Source of the DNA: Tepidiformaceae bacterium
Lineage (GTDB): Bacteria; Chloroflexota; Dehalococcoidia; Tepidiformales; Tepidiformaceae
NCBI GenBank assembly: GCA_965116915.1
Contig: OZ220739.1
Location: 630,864-694,863, forward strand
Length of the DNA stretch: 64,000 bases
Reading direction: 5' to 3'
Of this stretch, positions 16,911 through 25,719 are shown one piece after another. The notes under the pieces were generated by a model. It ran no database searches, was not told where the DNA came from, and was given only the letters and a program-made list of their open reading frames with translations. Each line of letters begins with the position of its first letter. The stretch's first letter is position 1. Made by a program: the position numbers and the translations under genes.

Positions 16911-18686
16911 ATGCAGAGATTCGACTTCGGACCACGGCTGCTTGCTATGGCGGTCCTCGTAGCAACGGTCCCGGTGGTCCTCATGTCGTCGGGTGCTTCC
17001 ACCCTGCAGGCAACGGCGCAAAGCGCGACGGTCACGCTGACGACAGCCGCCTCGCCTGTGGGATGCGCTACGACGACGGCGCAAATCAGCAGCGACACGA
17101 GCACGGTCTCGCCCGGGTCCGAGTGGACGTTCCCGAAGAGCTCCTACGTCACGGCGAGGGCGACTGTGGCGGAAGGCTGCACCTTCAGCCACTGGTACCT
17201 GGACTTTGGGGGCGGGGTCACCTACGACTTCCGCGAGAACCCGGCCAGATTCCAGATTAGCGAGGACATGAAGGCGACGGCCTACCTCACCGTCCCCGAG
17301 GTCTGTACGCAAACCACGTTGGGACAAGCGCCTGCTCAAGTCCCCGACCTGGCGAAGGACTGCAACATCCTCATGGCCGCGAAGGACGCGCTGCGGGGCA
17401 CGGGCACGCTCAACTGGAGCGCGGATACCGCGATCACGGGCTGGGACGGCGTCACCGTCTCGGGCACACCGTCGCGCGTGACGGGACTCGCGCTGAGGCT
17501 GCGCGGCCTCACGGGCAGCGTGCCCGCGAAGCTCGGTGCACTCAGCGCGCTGGGCAGTCTCGACCTCTCCTGGAACAAGTTGACAGGGAGCATTCCCGCC
17601 ACGCTGGGTCACCTCGGCGAGCTCAGCAGCCTCTCCCTCTCGCGCACCTCGCTGGGCGGGAGCATCCCGCCCGAGCTGGGGGATCTGGCGAAACTGGAGC
17701 AGTTGACCCTCAGCCAGAGTTTCCTCGGCGGCGCCATCCCGGCGGAGCTCGGAAAGCTCACCAACCTCGAGGGCCTCTATCTCTACCAGAACCGGTTGAC
17801 GGGCAGCATCCCGCTGGAGCTAGCGGAGCTGTCGAACTTGGAGCGGCTCTACCTCGGCGAGAACACGTTCACGGGCTGCCTGCCGCGCGCTCTGCGCCTA
17901 GTGGCGAACAACGACCTCGCGGCGCTCGGGCTGGAGAGCTGTGCGCTTCCGTCCGTCAGCCTCACCTACGACACCTACGACCTCACGGGTGAGGTGATTC
18001 AGCCGGGCAGCCATGCACTTCTGGTCGACGACACCAGCGCCGCCACAGATTGGCATGAACTCACGAACACAGCAGCCATCGTCGTAAACGTCTCCGACAG
18101 TGGTGGGGCTTCGCGCGCAGCGTTCTACAACAGCATTGAAGTGGGTGACGTCGTCGAGTGGTACCCCGTCGGCTACGAGGACTGCTGGATGCGATACAGG
18201 GTCACGGCAATTCTTCTGGACCCTCCCGGGGAACGTGCCCGCAAGCGCCTTGCAGTTGAGTGGCTCTACCTCGCCCACCTCACGTGCGTCGACGACGTGC
18301 TCACCGACGAGTTAGAGGTGGAACTGCGTTGGAGTCCCCCTGCAGCCCGCCCTGATCCTGACGGTGGCCCTGCGATCATGCTGTACGAACAGCCCGTCCC
18401 GGGTGGGGCGAGATACCGTGTTGCCCCACATTCCCCACTCGAGATTGATGTTCCTGCGGGCATGACCTTGGTCCGTTACACGGGTTGGGTCCTCGGTGGT
18501 CGGGGTTACACCGTCGGGCTTGAAGATGTAGCGACTGGTTCCTACCTCGTCCTCGACGCAAACACTGGCGAGGAGTTGAGACGTCGGATCGAGAGTAGCG
18601 AGGGTGACTCGCGGGATGTGGGGGCGCTCTTTGACGCAATCGTCGCATCAGCGCGGGTTGTGCCGCCAGCAAGGGAGGGCCAGTAG
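16911..18686 (+). CDS. Secreted leucine-rich-repeat protein (plant-type 24-residue LRRs) with an unknown C-terminal domain
   Basis: Signal-peptide-like N-terminus (LLAMAVLVATVPVVLMSSGAS). At least five consecutive LxxLxxLxLxxNxLTGSIPxxLG units between about 17480 and 17890. RBS GAGGTGAGG upstream. Confidence 0.85.
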   Translation: MQRFDFGPRLLAMAVLVATVPVVLMSSGASTLQATAQSATVTLTTAASPVGCATTTAQISSDTSTVSPGSEWTFPKSSYVTARATVAEGCTFSHWYLDFGGGVTYDFRENPARFQISEDMKATAYLTVPEVCTQTTLGQAPAQVPDLAKDCNILMAAKDALRGTGTLNWSADTAITGWDGVTVSGTPSRVTGLALRLRGLTGSVPAKLGALSALGSLDLSWNKLTGSIPATLGHLGELSSLSLSRTSLGGSIPPELGDLAKLEQLTLSQSFLGGAIPAELGKLTNLEGLYLYQNRLTGSIPLELAELSNLERLYLGENTFTGCLPRALRLVANNDLAALGLESCALPSVSLTYDTYDLTGEVIQPGSHALLVDDTSAATDWHELTNTAAIVVNVSDSGGASRAAFYNSIEVGDVVEWYPVGYEDCWMRYRVTAILLDPPGERARKRLAVEWLYLAHLTCVDDVLTDELEVELRWSPPAARPDPDGGPAIMLYEQPVPGGARYRVAPHSPLEIDVPAGMTLVRYTGWVLGGRGYTVGLEDVATGSYLVLDANTGEELRRRIESSEGDSRDVGALFDAIVASARVVPPAREGQ

Positions 18687-18748
18687 AGGGCATGGCGCAG
18701 GCCCCGGATGTCGTGAGGCTCACGGAAGTCCTTCCCTAAAGGACCTCC

Positions 18749-19090
18749 ATGAGCTCTCGGCACTCCAGGATGACGAGGCGGAGGGCCTCTCCCCGCCTTC
18801 CGCGCGGCGGCTCGATCGTGATCGCCGGACGTGCTGTGCCGCCCGGGACCGGCGCCCTCCCGGAAGACTTCCCCGCACGCCTCGACCGCTTGAAGCAAGT
18901 CAGCGGCCTCACGTGGGAGGCCTTCGCGGAGGCCCTCGGGGTGCAGTGCAAGCAGGTGCTGCGATGGCGGAATGGGACTGAACCCAGGGGTGGCGCCTAC
19001 CACGCACTCGTACGACTGGTGCCCTGGATACCCGATGGTCTCGATATCCTCATGGGCGAGGACTTCCTGGCGCCGCACATGGAGGTCTGA
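18749..19090 (+). CDS. Possible XRE-like HTH protein (start uncertain)
   Basis: The segment LKQVSGLTWEAFAEALGVQCKQVLRWRNG resembles a helix-turn-helix. The N-terminal third of the ORF is Arg/Pro-rich and may not be translated. Confidence 0.35.
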   Translation: MSSRHSRMTRRRASPRLPRGGSIVIAGRAVPPGTGALPEDFPARLDRLKQVSGLTWEAFAEALGVQCKQVLRWRNGTEPRGGAYHALVRLVPWIPDGLDILMGEDFLAPHMEV

Positions 19091-19959
19091 TCCCGATGCC
19101 ACGGCGACGCACCGCGTGCCGCCCGACCACTTTGGGCAGGCACCGGAGCAATGTAGGCAGGGCTTCTGTCAGAAGTGGGCCGACCAACCCGGTTGGCGAG
19201 AGCTCACAACTCCCAACCCTCTGCGCTGGCGCAAGAGCGTAGTGCAGCCCAAACCAAAACACCGGCCGTCCCTGCAGGGCTTCCCGGCCCCTTCGAAACT
19301 CCGCCACCTACCGACAGCCAACTTCCTCACATACCCCCCAGGAACGCGGGCGTGTAGTCCCCTACAGGGGATTACACCCGACTCTCGGCGCAGGAAGACT
19401 CTCTACGTCGACACCCGATAGCAGTGCGGCTGTGGCCCTGGCGGCCGCCTGTAATCGCTCGGGACGAGGAGACGACATGGACGACAGCGATGCCCTCGAC
19501 GTGAGTGAGCTTGACACTGACCCCTCCACCACGAAGCCGAACGACCATGTGCAAGCGGGCAGCGACGTGACCCTCAGGGTCGAGTGGCGGACCGGTCCGC
19601 GCACACGGGCGTGGGATGAACTGTGGCGTCGACTCCTCGCTAGAGTCCGCGAAAGAGCCACGGCGGATGGAGGTCCCGACGAAGGCGAGTTGCCTCCCGG
19701 AGCGCCGCCCTCACCGGACAACCCAAGCTCGTAGAGGGCTTTCTGGCAGGTGGGTGTGCTCACGAGCGGCTTCCTGTTGGCTCCGTGTCTAAGCTTGAGC
19801 GAGGTCAGCGGAGGTCTTTGGCGCTCCGGGAATGCGCAGGAGCCGCATCAACCCAACCAAATGCGACCGAACCGTAGCCTGGCCAACCGAGTCGGGATGG
19901 CCGTCTCGATGCTGTGGTTTGCCGTCGCAGCTAGCCAAGACACCGAGTGGATAGGACGC

Positions 19960-20181
19960 ATGGCTGACTGGACCCTTCGGGAAGCCAAGACCCGCTCCAG
20001 CGCCTTGGTCGACGCCGCCCTCGTGGGCAACCCCCAGTGGGTCACGCGGCGGGGCCAACCTGCCGTCGTCGTGCTGGCCGTGGATGACTACGAGCGCCTT
20101 CGACGGATCGAGAAGGCGGGTGCGCCCACACTGAGAGAGTTGCTCCTCGAGATTCCCCGGGACGGGGGCGAGTTCGAGTGA
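19960..20181 (+). CDS. Phd/YefM-family type II antitoxin (orphan)
   Basis: MADWTLREAKTRSSALVDAALVGNPQWVTRRGQPAVVVLAVDDYERL matches the Phd/YefM N-terminal pattern. Only a 20-codon ORF follows the GTGA overlap at 20178-20181. No toxin gene is present. Confidence 0.75.
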   Translation: MADWTLREAKTRSSALVDAALVGNPQWVTRRGQPAVVVLAVDDYERLRRIEKAGAPTLRELLLEIPRDGGEFE

Positions 20182-20545
20182 CTCTCCTTGCCTCGCCGCT
20201 CGGAGGACTTCTGACGTCTCCCTCGTCAGCAAGGGACTAGCTCGTCGTCTCCGCCCGCAACACTGGGAGCCTCCTCCCGTCGCCCTGGCGGCATGAGGAG
20301 CTCGAAGCAAGTTGTGTCTGCTGCCACCCCTCGGTGCGGTGAGGGCAGACCACTTCATTCGTGAAGTCCCTTGCCGGGGGCTGCGCCCACCAGCCCGAGC
20401 CACGACACTACCCGCCTAGAACTGCAAGGGTGCGCTGGATCGGCTGTTTCCTGTCGCGCACTACACGGCGAGTGACCACCATGGACCGCACACCTAGGGC
20501 CGGAGTCTGGCGATGGTCGCGCCGTGACCCAGCGCTGGAGGGTCG

Positions 20546-21946
20546 ATGATGAAGGCGATTATCTACACCCGCGTCTCGACGGGCGAGGAGGAACCGGACG
20601 GGACATCCCTCGACCGGCAGGAGCGAGCGTGTCTCGAGTACGCGGTCGAGCAGCACTGGGAGATTGTCCGCTGCATCCGGGATAAGGGTAGCGGAGACCT
20701 GCTCGAGCGCGAGGGTCTCGCCGAGCTGCGTGACGCGCTCCGGCAGGGTACGGCCGACGTGGTCGTTGCGCACGCAGTCGATCGCCTGTCGCGAAGCCAG
20801 AGCCACCTGGGCATCCTGTACGACGAGGTTCATTCAGCAGGCGTAGCGCTGGCCTTCGTGACCGAGCGATTCGAAGACACCGCAGTGGGGAGCTTCATCC
20901 TCGCCGCGCGGGCGTTCGTCGCCGAGGTCGGTCGCGAACAGACCGCGGATCGCTCCATGCGCGGGAAGGAAGCGCGCGCCCGCAGCGGCCGTCTCCCCCA
21001 GGGATCCGGCCGCGGCTGCTACGGCTACACCTACAACCCTGACACAGGACGCCGCGAGGTTGAGCCACGCCAGGCCGGCGTTGTCCGCCGGATCTTCGGG
21101 CGCTACGCCGAGGTTCGCAGCTTGTCGACCATCTCCAGTGAGCTGAACGACGAGGGCATCCCGGCGTTCTCCGGGGGCCGCTGGTACCCGATCACGGTAC
21201 GGCGCCTGCTCCTCAACGAGGCCTACATCGGCCGCACGGTGTACCGCCGGACAAAGCGGGTCGGGGTGGGCGCAGGTCAAGCGGGCAGGGGAACTCGCGT
21301 CATGGAGCGCCCCGAGGAAGAACGAATAGAGATTCCCGGGGCTACGCCAGCGATCATCGGCCACGAGCTCTGGGAGCGGGTCCAGAGGATCCTGGAGGAC
21401 CCCGAGCGAACAAGCCGACGTTCCCCTCAAGAGCGGCACTACCCGCTTCGTGGTCGGCTGCGCTGCGGCCTGTGCGACAGCGCGATGGTAGGGCAGACCC
21501 TCACCTCGAAAGGCAAGAGCTACCCGTACTACCGCTGCCGCCATGCGTACACGAAGGACCGGTCGCGCCGCTGCGCAGCGCGGTACATCCCGGCCGACGG
21601 GCTCGAGGACCAGGTCTGGGCGGAGCTGTGCAAGGTGCTCGCCGCGCCCGAGGTCGTCCTGCGCGAGTTGCAGCGGCCTCGCGGTGCCGACGTCCACACT
21701 GAAGAGCGCGACCGTCTCACGTCCGAGGTTGCCTCGCTGGGCGAGGCCAGCGAGCGCCTCCGTCGGACCTGCGTGGCCGTCGCTGGGTGCTTGGACAGCG
21801 GAAGGCAGGAGGAGTTCGAACTCGTGCTCGAGGCAATTCAACTGAGCGTGGCGGCAACTCGCGAGAAGGTCACAGTTGAGGGTGTGGTGCCCTTAGAACC
21901 TTGCAAATCTGCTCAAGAAGGGTTTATCACCACTGAACAAACATAG
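20546..21946 (+). CDS. Large serine recombinase (phage-integrase/transposase type)
   Basis: Catalytic N-terminus AIIYTRVSTGEEE. Resolvase core VVVAHAVDRLSRS. Recombinase domain ITVRRLLLNEAYIGRTVYRR. Zn-ribbon RLRCGLCDSAM...YYRCRH. C-terminal coiled coil. Confidence 0.9.
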   Translation: MMKAIIYTRVSTGEEEPDGTSLDRQERACLEYAVEQHWEIVRCIRDKGSGDLLEREGLAELRDALRQGTADVVVAHAVDRLSRSQSHLGILYDEVHSAGVALAFVTERFEDTAVGSFILAARAFVAEVGREQTADRSMRGKEARARSGRLPQGSGRGCYGYTYNPDTGRREVEPRQAGVVRRIFGRYAEVRSLSTISSELNDEGIPAFSGGRWYPITVRRLLLNEAYIGRTVYRRTKRVGVGAGQAGRGTRVMERPEEERIEIPGATPAIIGHELWERVQRILEDPERTSRRSPQERHYPLRGRLRCGLCDSAMVGQTLTSKGKSYPYYRCRHAYTKDRSRRCAARYIPADGLEDQVWAELCKVLAAPEVVLRELQRPRGADVHTEERDRLTSEVASLGEASERLRRTCVAVAGCLDSGRQEEFELVLEAIQLSVAATREKVTVEGVVPLEPCKSAQEGFITTEQT

Positions 21947-22108
21947 GGATGGACGTTCAGCAATCACAAACTTGAGGAAGAATTGGTTTATTTCCGGCGG
22001 AAAATCTCGCTAAACCTTTCCCTCTCCCGGTAGTCAGGGTGTGGCAAGGGAGAATATGCGTTCTATACCCGTCCGCGCCCCTGAGGCCGACAGTGCGGGA
22101 CGCATCGG

Positions 22109-22320
22109 CCCGGAACACGCGTCGCCGGAGTGGTTCGGTTGTCGACCTGCTCTAGCACGCGGAGCAGGCGGCGGCCGATCGCGATGACCTAACGACAGCC
22201 CTCGCCAGTGCGGTGAGGGCTGGCCGGTTTGACACCGAGCGGCTGCGCTCCATGGTGAGGGAATACGGATCCTTGGACACGCAAGCGCAAGTGGCGTCGG
22301 CGCGCGGTGCCTCGCACGCG
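22109..22320 (+). pseudogene. 3' fragment of an AbiEi-like antitoxin gene (paralogue of 30240-30818)
   Basis: DNA aligns to 30602-30815 at roughly 85-90% identity by eye (PEWFVVDLLQHAEQAAADRDDLTTALASAVR.GRFDTERLRSM.REYGSLDTQA). Contains in-frame stops. Homology starts abruptly at CCCGGAACAC. Confidence 0.75.
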
Positions 22321-22462
22321 GAGATCCAACTGAGGCTGCGGCTCAGTCCAACTGCTTTCGCGTGAGAAAAAGTCTGGCAGTAAGATGGCCCAGTCCTGCT
22401 TTTGCGACAGAATTTCTAGTGAGCGTGGCGACCTTGCTCACACGAGGGGATCTGGAACACCC

Positions 22463-23293
22463 ATGACTGCGGATGTCAGGCCCAGGCGCTCCCCCGTCGG
22501 AATCGACTTGGTCCGCCGGCTCTCCTATGAGGGCGACCGCATCTTCACGACGGACCGCGCTCGGGAGCTGGCTCCGCTCGTGGGCCTGAAGGACTCCTAC
22601 GTCTGCGAGGCGCTGCAACGCCTCGGGCGCGATGGCTGGGTTGTCCCGCTGCGGCGGGGGCTCTACGCGATGTCCTCCACGGTGCCGGGCAGCACCATCG
22701 TCCACGAGTTCGAGGTCGCGATGGCCCTGGTCCACCCCGCCGCCATCTCCCACTGGTCGGCGCTGCACTTCCATGGCCTGACCGAGCAGGCGCCGCGAGC
22801 CGTCTTCGTCCTGACCACAACGGAATCCTCCGTGCCGCGCACGCGCGGGGAGGGAGCTGAGGAGGGCAGCGGCTGGCCCGTGGTTGGGGACACCGCCTAC
22901 CGGTTCATCCAGGTACAACCGGAGCGCTTCTTCGGCGGGGAGCGCGTCTGGGTCGGCGATGCCCGTGTGGCCGTCACCGACCGCGAGCGCACGCTGCTGG
23001 ACGGACTCTCGATGCCCCGACACTGTGGCGGCTTCGCCGAGGTCCTTCATGCGTTCGACGTCGCACTGCCCGACCTCGACATCCACCGCATCACCAGCTA
23101 CGCCCTGCAGCTCGACGCCGCGACGGCTAAGCGTCTGGGGTGGGTGCTGGAGCGGCTCGGGGTTGAGTCGCCCGCGCTGGCCGAGTTGCCCATCAAGGGC
23201 TACCGCAAGCTCGATCCCTCGGGGCCGAATAACGGACCCCACAACGGTCGCTGGATGGTTCGCGAGAACTTGCCAGGGCTGGTCGCCACGTGA
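22463..23293 (+). CDS. AbiEi-family type IV antitoxin / transcriptional regulator
   Basis: N-terminal wHTH-like YVCEALQRLGRDGWVVPLRRGLYA. AbiEi core ISHWSALHFHGLTEQAP and VAVTDRERTLLDGL. The stop overlaps the GTG of a truncated AbiEii gene (GTGA at 23290-23293). Confidence 0.75.
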   Translation: MTADVRPRRSPVGIDLVRRLSYEGDRIFTTDRARELAPLVGLKDSYVCEALQRLGRDGWVVPLRRGLYAMSSTVPGSTIVHEFEVAMALVHPAAISHWSALHFHGLTEQAPRAVFVLTTTESSVPRTRGEGAEEGSGWPVVGDTAYRFIQVQPERFFGGERVWVGDARVAVTDRERTLLDGLSMPRHCGGFAEVLHAFDVALPDLDIHRITSYALQLDAATAKRLGWVLERLGVESPALAELPIKGYRKLDPSGPNNGPHNGRWMVRENLPGLVAT

Positions 23294-23470
23294 GTCCGCT
23301 TCGGACGCGCATCGAGGAGGCACGCCGGCAACGCTGCGTGCAGTGGGATGTGCTCGAGCGGGCCTACATGCTGTCCTGAATCTTCCCAGGCGTGGGTCAG
23401 GTCCCGGTGCTCCGCAACACCCCTAGCCTTCAAGGGGTGGCACGGCGCTCAACCCCCGCACCTCGACTCC
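23290..23470 (+). pseudogene. N-terminal remnant of an AbiEii-type nucleotidyltransferase toxin
   Basis: VSPLRTRIEEARRQRCVQWDVLERAYMLS then a stop. After a frame change, GVGQVPVLRNT..FKG resembles the AbiEii N-terminus (LEKDY.LSW.L.GI....L...LVFKGGTAL). No nucleotidyltransferase core follows. Confidence 0.6.
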
Positions 23471-23473
23471 CTT

Positions 23474-23513
23474 CGGAAATGTCGGTACTTATGGACACCC
23501 ACCGACATTTCCG
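23474..23513. promoter_or_regulatory. Perfect 13-bp inverted repeat (CGGAAATGTCGGT N14 ACCGACATTTCCG), candidate AbiEi operator
   Basis: Read directly. It ends 13 bp upstream of the AbiEi_4-type gene start at 23527. AbiEi antitoxins are known to autoregulate through inverted repeats in their promoters. Confidence 0.55.
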
Positions 23514-23526
23514 GAATCATTGAACC

Positions 23527-24129
23527 ATGAGCAGGACAGGCACCGATGGGATACTCGAGTTCGTGCGCGGCGCCGGGCTGGTCCGTCCTCGTGACCTTGA
23601 GGCAGCAGGCGTGCCGGGGGGCTACCTATCGCAACTGGCGCACCGGGGTCTCCTGGAGCGTGTCGGACGCGGCCTTTACGCCGTGCCGGGTGCTGCACCT
23701 AGCGAGCACCGTTCGCTGGCTGAAGTCTCCAAGCGGACCCCCCGAGGAGCGATCTGCCTGCTCTCAGCGCTTCGCTTCCACGGACTGACCAGCCAGACGC
23801 CCCCCGACGTCTGGCTGGCGATTGGCCCAAGAGATCGGGCACCGAGAGAAGACGGAGTTCGCCTGCGGATCGTGCGCGTTTCGGGCGAGGCGCGTAACGC
23901 TGGCATCGAGGCTCATGTCGTCGAGGGCGTACCCGTCCGTATCTATGGCGTGGCGAAGACCGTCGCGGACTGCTTCAAGTTCAGGAACAAGATCGGCGTC
24001 GACATCGCTGTCGAGGCTCTGCGCGACTGCCTCGAACAGCGCCGCTGCGCGACCGACGAACTCGCCGAACACGCTCGTATTTGCCGCGTCTCGCGCGTCA
24101 TGCGTCCCTATATGGAGGCTCTGGCGTGA
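23527..24129 (+). CDS. AbiEi_4-type type IV antitoxin
   Basis: RPRDLEAAGVPGGYLSQLAHRGLLERVGRGLYA, ICLLSALRFHGLTSQTP and RIYGVAKTVADCFKFRNKIGVDIAVEAL. The stop overlaps a GTG (GTGA at 24126-24129), but only 13 codons follow. Confidence 0.8.
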   Translation: MSRTGTDGILEFVRGAGLVRPRDLEAAGVPGGYLSQLAHRGLLERVGRGLYAVPGAAPSEHRSLAEVSKRTPRGAICLLSALRFHGLTSQTPPDVWLAIGPRDRAPREDGVRLRIVRVSGEARNAGIEAHVVEGVPVRIYGVAKTVADCFKFRNKIGVDIAVEALRDCLEQRRCATDELAEHARICRVSRVMRPYMEALA

Positions 24130-24303
24130 AAATCAGGCGTTCCCGGAACGGTGTTACGGCGGTGTAATCGGGCCGTCATCGCGCCGTACCTCATGGGAGC
24201 CAACAGGAGGGGGCAGGCGCACCGGGTGGACCAGCTGGTTCCGAGAACCACTAACCTGGCGACCTAGATGACGACGCGCTTGCCGCCCTCGGTTCTGTGT
24301 GCA

Positions 24304-24495
24304 CGACTTGCTCCTCGAGGACGCGGCGATCGACGCCGAGAACCGCGTGACGCTCACGTTCATCCCGGCCGACCGAGAGTTAGTGCCGATTGCGGAACTA
24401 GAGCCGAGTTATCGGTCCTCCAATCCGCATCAAACGCTGCGGTATTCCTGGGGAGTGAGTTTGTCCTCTCCCCGCGTCGAAGCACGCCGAACGCG
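24304..24495 (+). repeat. Uninterrupted module B - core - module A site (attP-like or tandem-junction-like)
   Basis: 24304-24405 aligns to 5723-5827 (module B). 24406-24417 is the core variant GAGTTATCGGTC. 24418-24495 aligns to the reverse complement of 13875-13954 (module A). Confidence 0.75.
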
Positions 24496-24742
24496 TCGGG
24501 GCGGGCCGGGCGGGGCGTCCCTTGTACCGGAGGGGGCCACGCGCGGCGCCCTCGACTCCTAGCGCCTGAGCGCCTCGGGTGAGTGCCGGGGTCGCTGGCG
24601 ATCCCGAGTCAGGTGACGCCGCGGCACAGTCATGGGCGGAGGTGAAATCGATTGTGGCGACGACATCATGCCTACGGCAATTCACGTGGCCAATTGGGGA
24701 GGAACAGCCAGGAGCGACACGGCTGCCGAGCAGTTTTGGCTA

Positions 24743-25090
24743 CTAGGGGGTCTGCCCCCTGAGCTCTTTCACCTCGGCCTCAAGGGCCTCTATGCGCTCT
24801 ACGAGGACCGCCACGTCATGGAGCTCGCTAAACTTCAAATCAAGGGCCAGTGCCGTTGCCAGGTCATCAACGAATAGGTCATTGCCTTCTTCTGGCTCGA
24901 CGAGTGCCGTGGTAAGAGCCCAGCCGTATCTCTCTACCAACCCGCTACGTCCTGGGGCCAACCCGTGGGTCACCTGCCGCGCGGCAAGAATAGTCTTGAG
25001 TTCTTCTGGGGTGAATCGCCGCCGCAGGGACTGCGCAAATTCCTTACCCTGCTCTATATGGCCCGCCCAATCTGTTTCCATAGCCGCCAT
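24743..25090 (-). CDS. Hypothetical protein (115 aa) with a C-terminal coiled coil
   Basis: ATG-initiated ORF in a lower-GC block. No family recognised. Confidence 0.4.
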   Translation of the reverse strand: MAAMETDWAGHIEQGKEFAQSLRRRFTPEELKTILAARQVTHGLAPGRSGLVERYGWALTTALVEPEEGNDLFVDDLATALALDLKFSELHDVAVLVERIEALEAEVKELRGQTP

Positions 25091-25319
25091 CCTACTCTAC
25101 TAGTGGACATCCCTTAGGCCGCGAGGAGGTCGGTGCAGGCAGGCGCTTCCCGACCATGCCGTCAGGGCTGATGCCGATACGCTCGGTGATTTCGGCGTTC
25201 GCGCCGCCCAGGCGCAACTCGCCGAGGACGCGCTGCTCGGCAGGGGCGACGAGGTCGTGGTCAAACCGGGCGTGGCCTCGGCCTCGTCGCGTCGTGAGGG
25301 CAGCCGCTGCGGACGAGTC

Positions 25320-25460
25320 TTGAGGAGCACGACCGGCAACGCGTGCAGTGGGACCGTGCTCGAGCGTGACTACCTACCATCCCGGATCCTCACAGGCGTG
25401 GGCCAGGCCCCGGTTCCCACGGTGCTCCGCATGGAATGCAGGTTCTCCGAACTTAGACAG
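25320..25460 (+). pseudogene. Second AbiEii N-terminal remnant
   Basis: DNA aligns to 23313-23430 (GAGGAG.CACG.CCGGCAACGC.GTGCAGTGGGA...GTGCTCGAGCG). Translation VLERDYLPSRILTGVGQAPVP. Broken by stops or frame changes. Confidence 0.55.
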
Positions 25461-25482
25461 GTCCGATAGACTAGATGCAGAG

Positions 25483-25719
25483 ATGCCAACGGTGCTGAGG
25501 GAAGGGCCATATCGCTTTTTCTTCTATGCGAGCGACGGGGAGGAACCACCTCATGTCCACGTTGAGCGTGACCATCAGATTGCGAAATTCTGGCTGCAGC
25601 CCGTAAGGCTTCAGCGCAGCGGAGGGTTTCGACCACCCGAGATACGTCGGATCCAGAGAGCAGTCGTGGAGAACGAGGCGCTGTTCATGGAGGAATGGAA
25701 TGAGCGTTTTGACACTTGA
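25483..25719 (+). CDS. DUF4160-family protein
   Basis: MPTVLREGPYRFFFYASDGEEPPHVHVERD... matches the DUF4160 pattern (..F.FY..E...PHFHV). Overlaps the next gene by 20 nt. Confidence 0.75.
   Translation: MPTVLREGPYRFFFYASDGEEPPHVHVERDHQIAKFWLQPVRLQRSGGFRPPEIRRIQRAVVENEALFMEEWNERFDT

Noticed and set aside
19432-19734. 100-aa ORF upstream of the Phd antitoxin.
   Set aside because: No RBS or family support. It could be real but cannot be distinguished from a chance ORF.
21950-22108. AT-rich patch after the serine recombinase, considered as an att site or promoter.
   Set aside because: I could not find a convincing inverted repeat or a matching partner site on the other side of the recombinase gene. 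It is mentioned only as context.
25140-25260. Minus-strand peptide APAEQRVLGELRLGGANAEITERIGISP resembling a LuxR-type HTH.
   Set aside because: It is only about 35 residues with no start or flanking domain, and it overlaps a region that may instead be an AbiEi 3' remnant. The evidence is insufficient.
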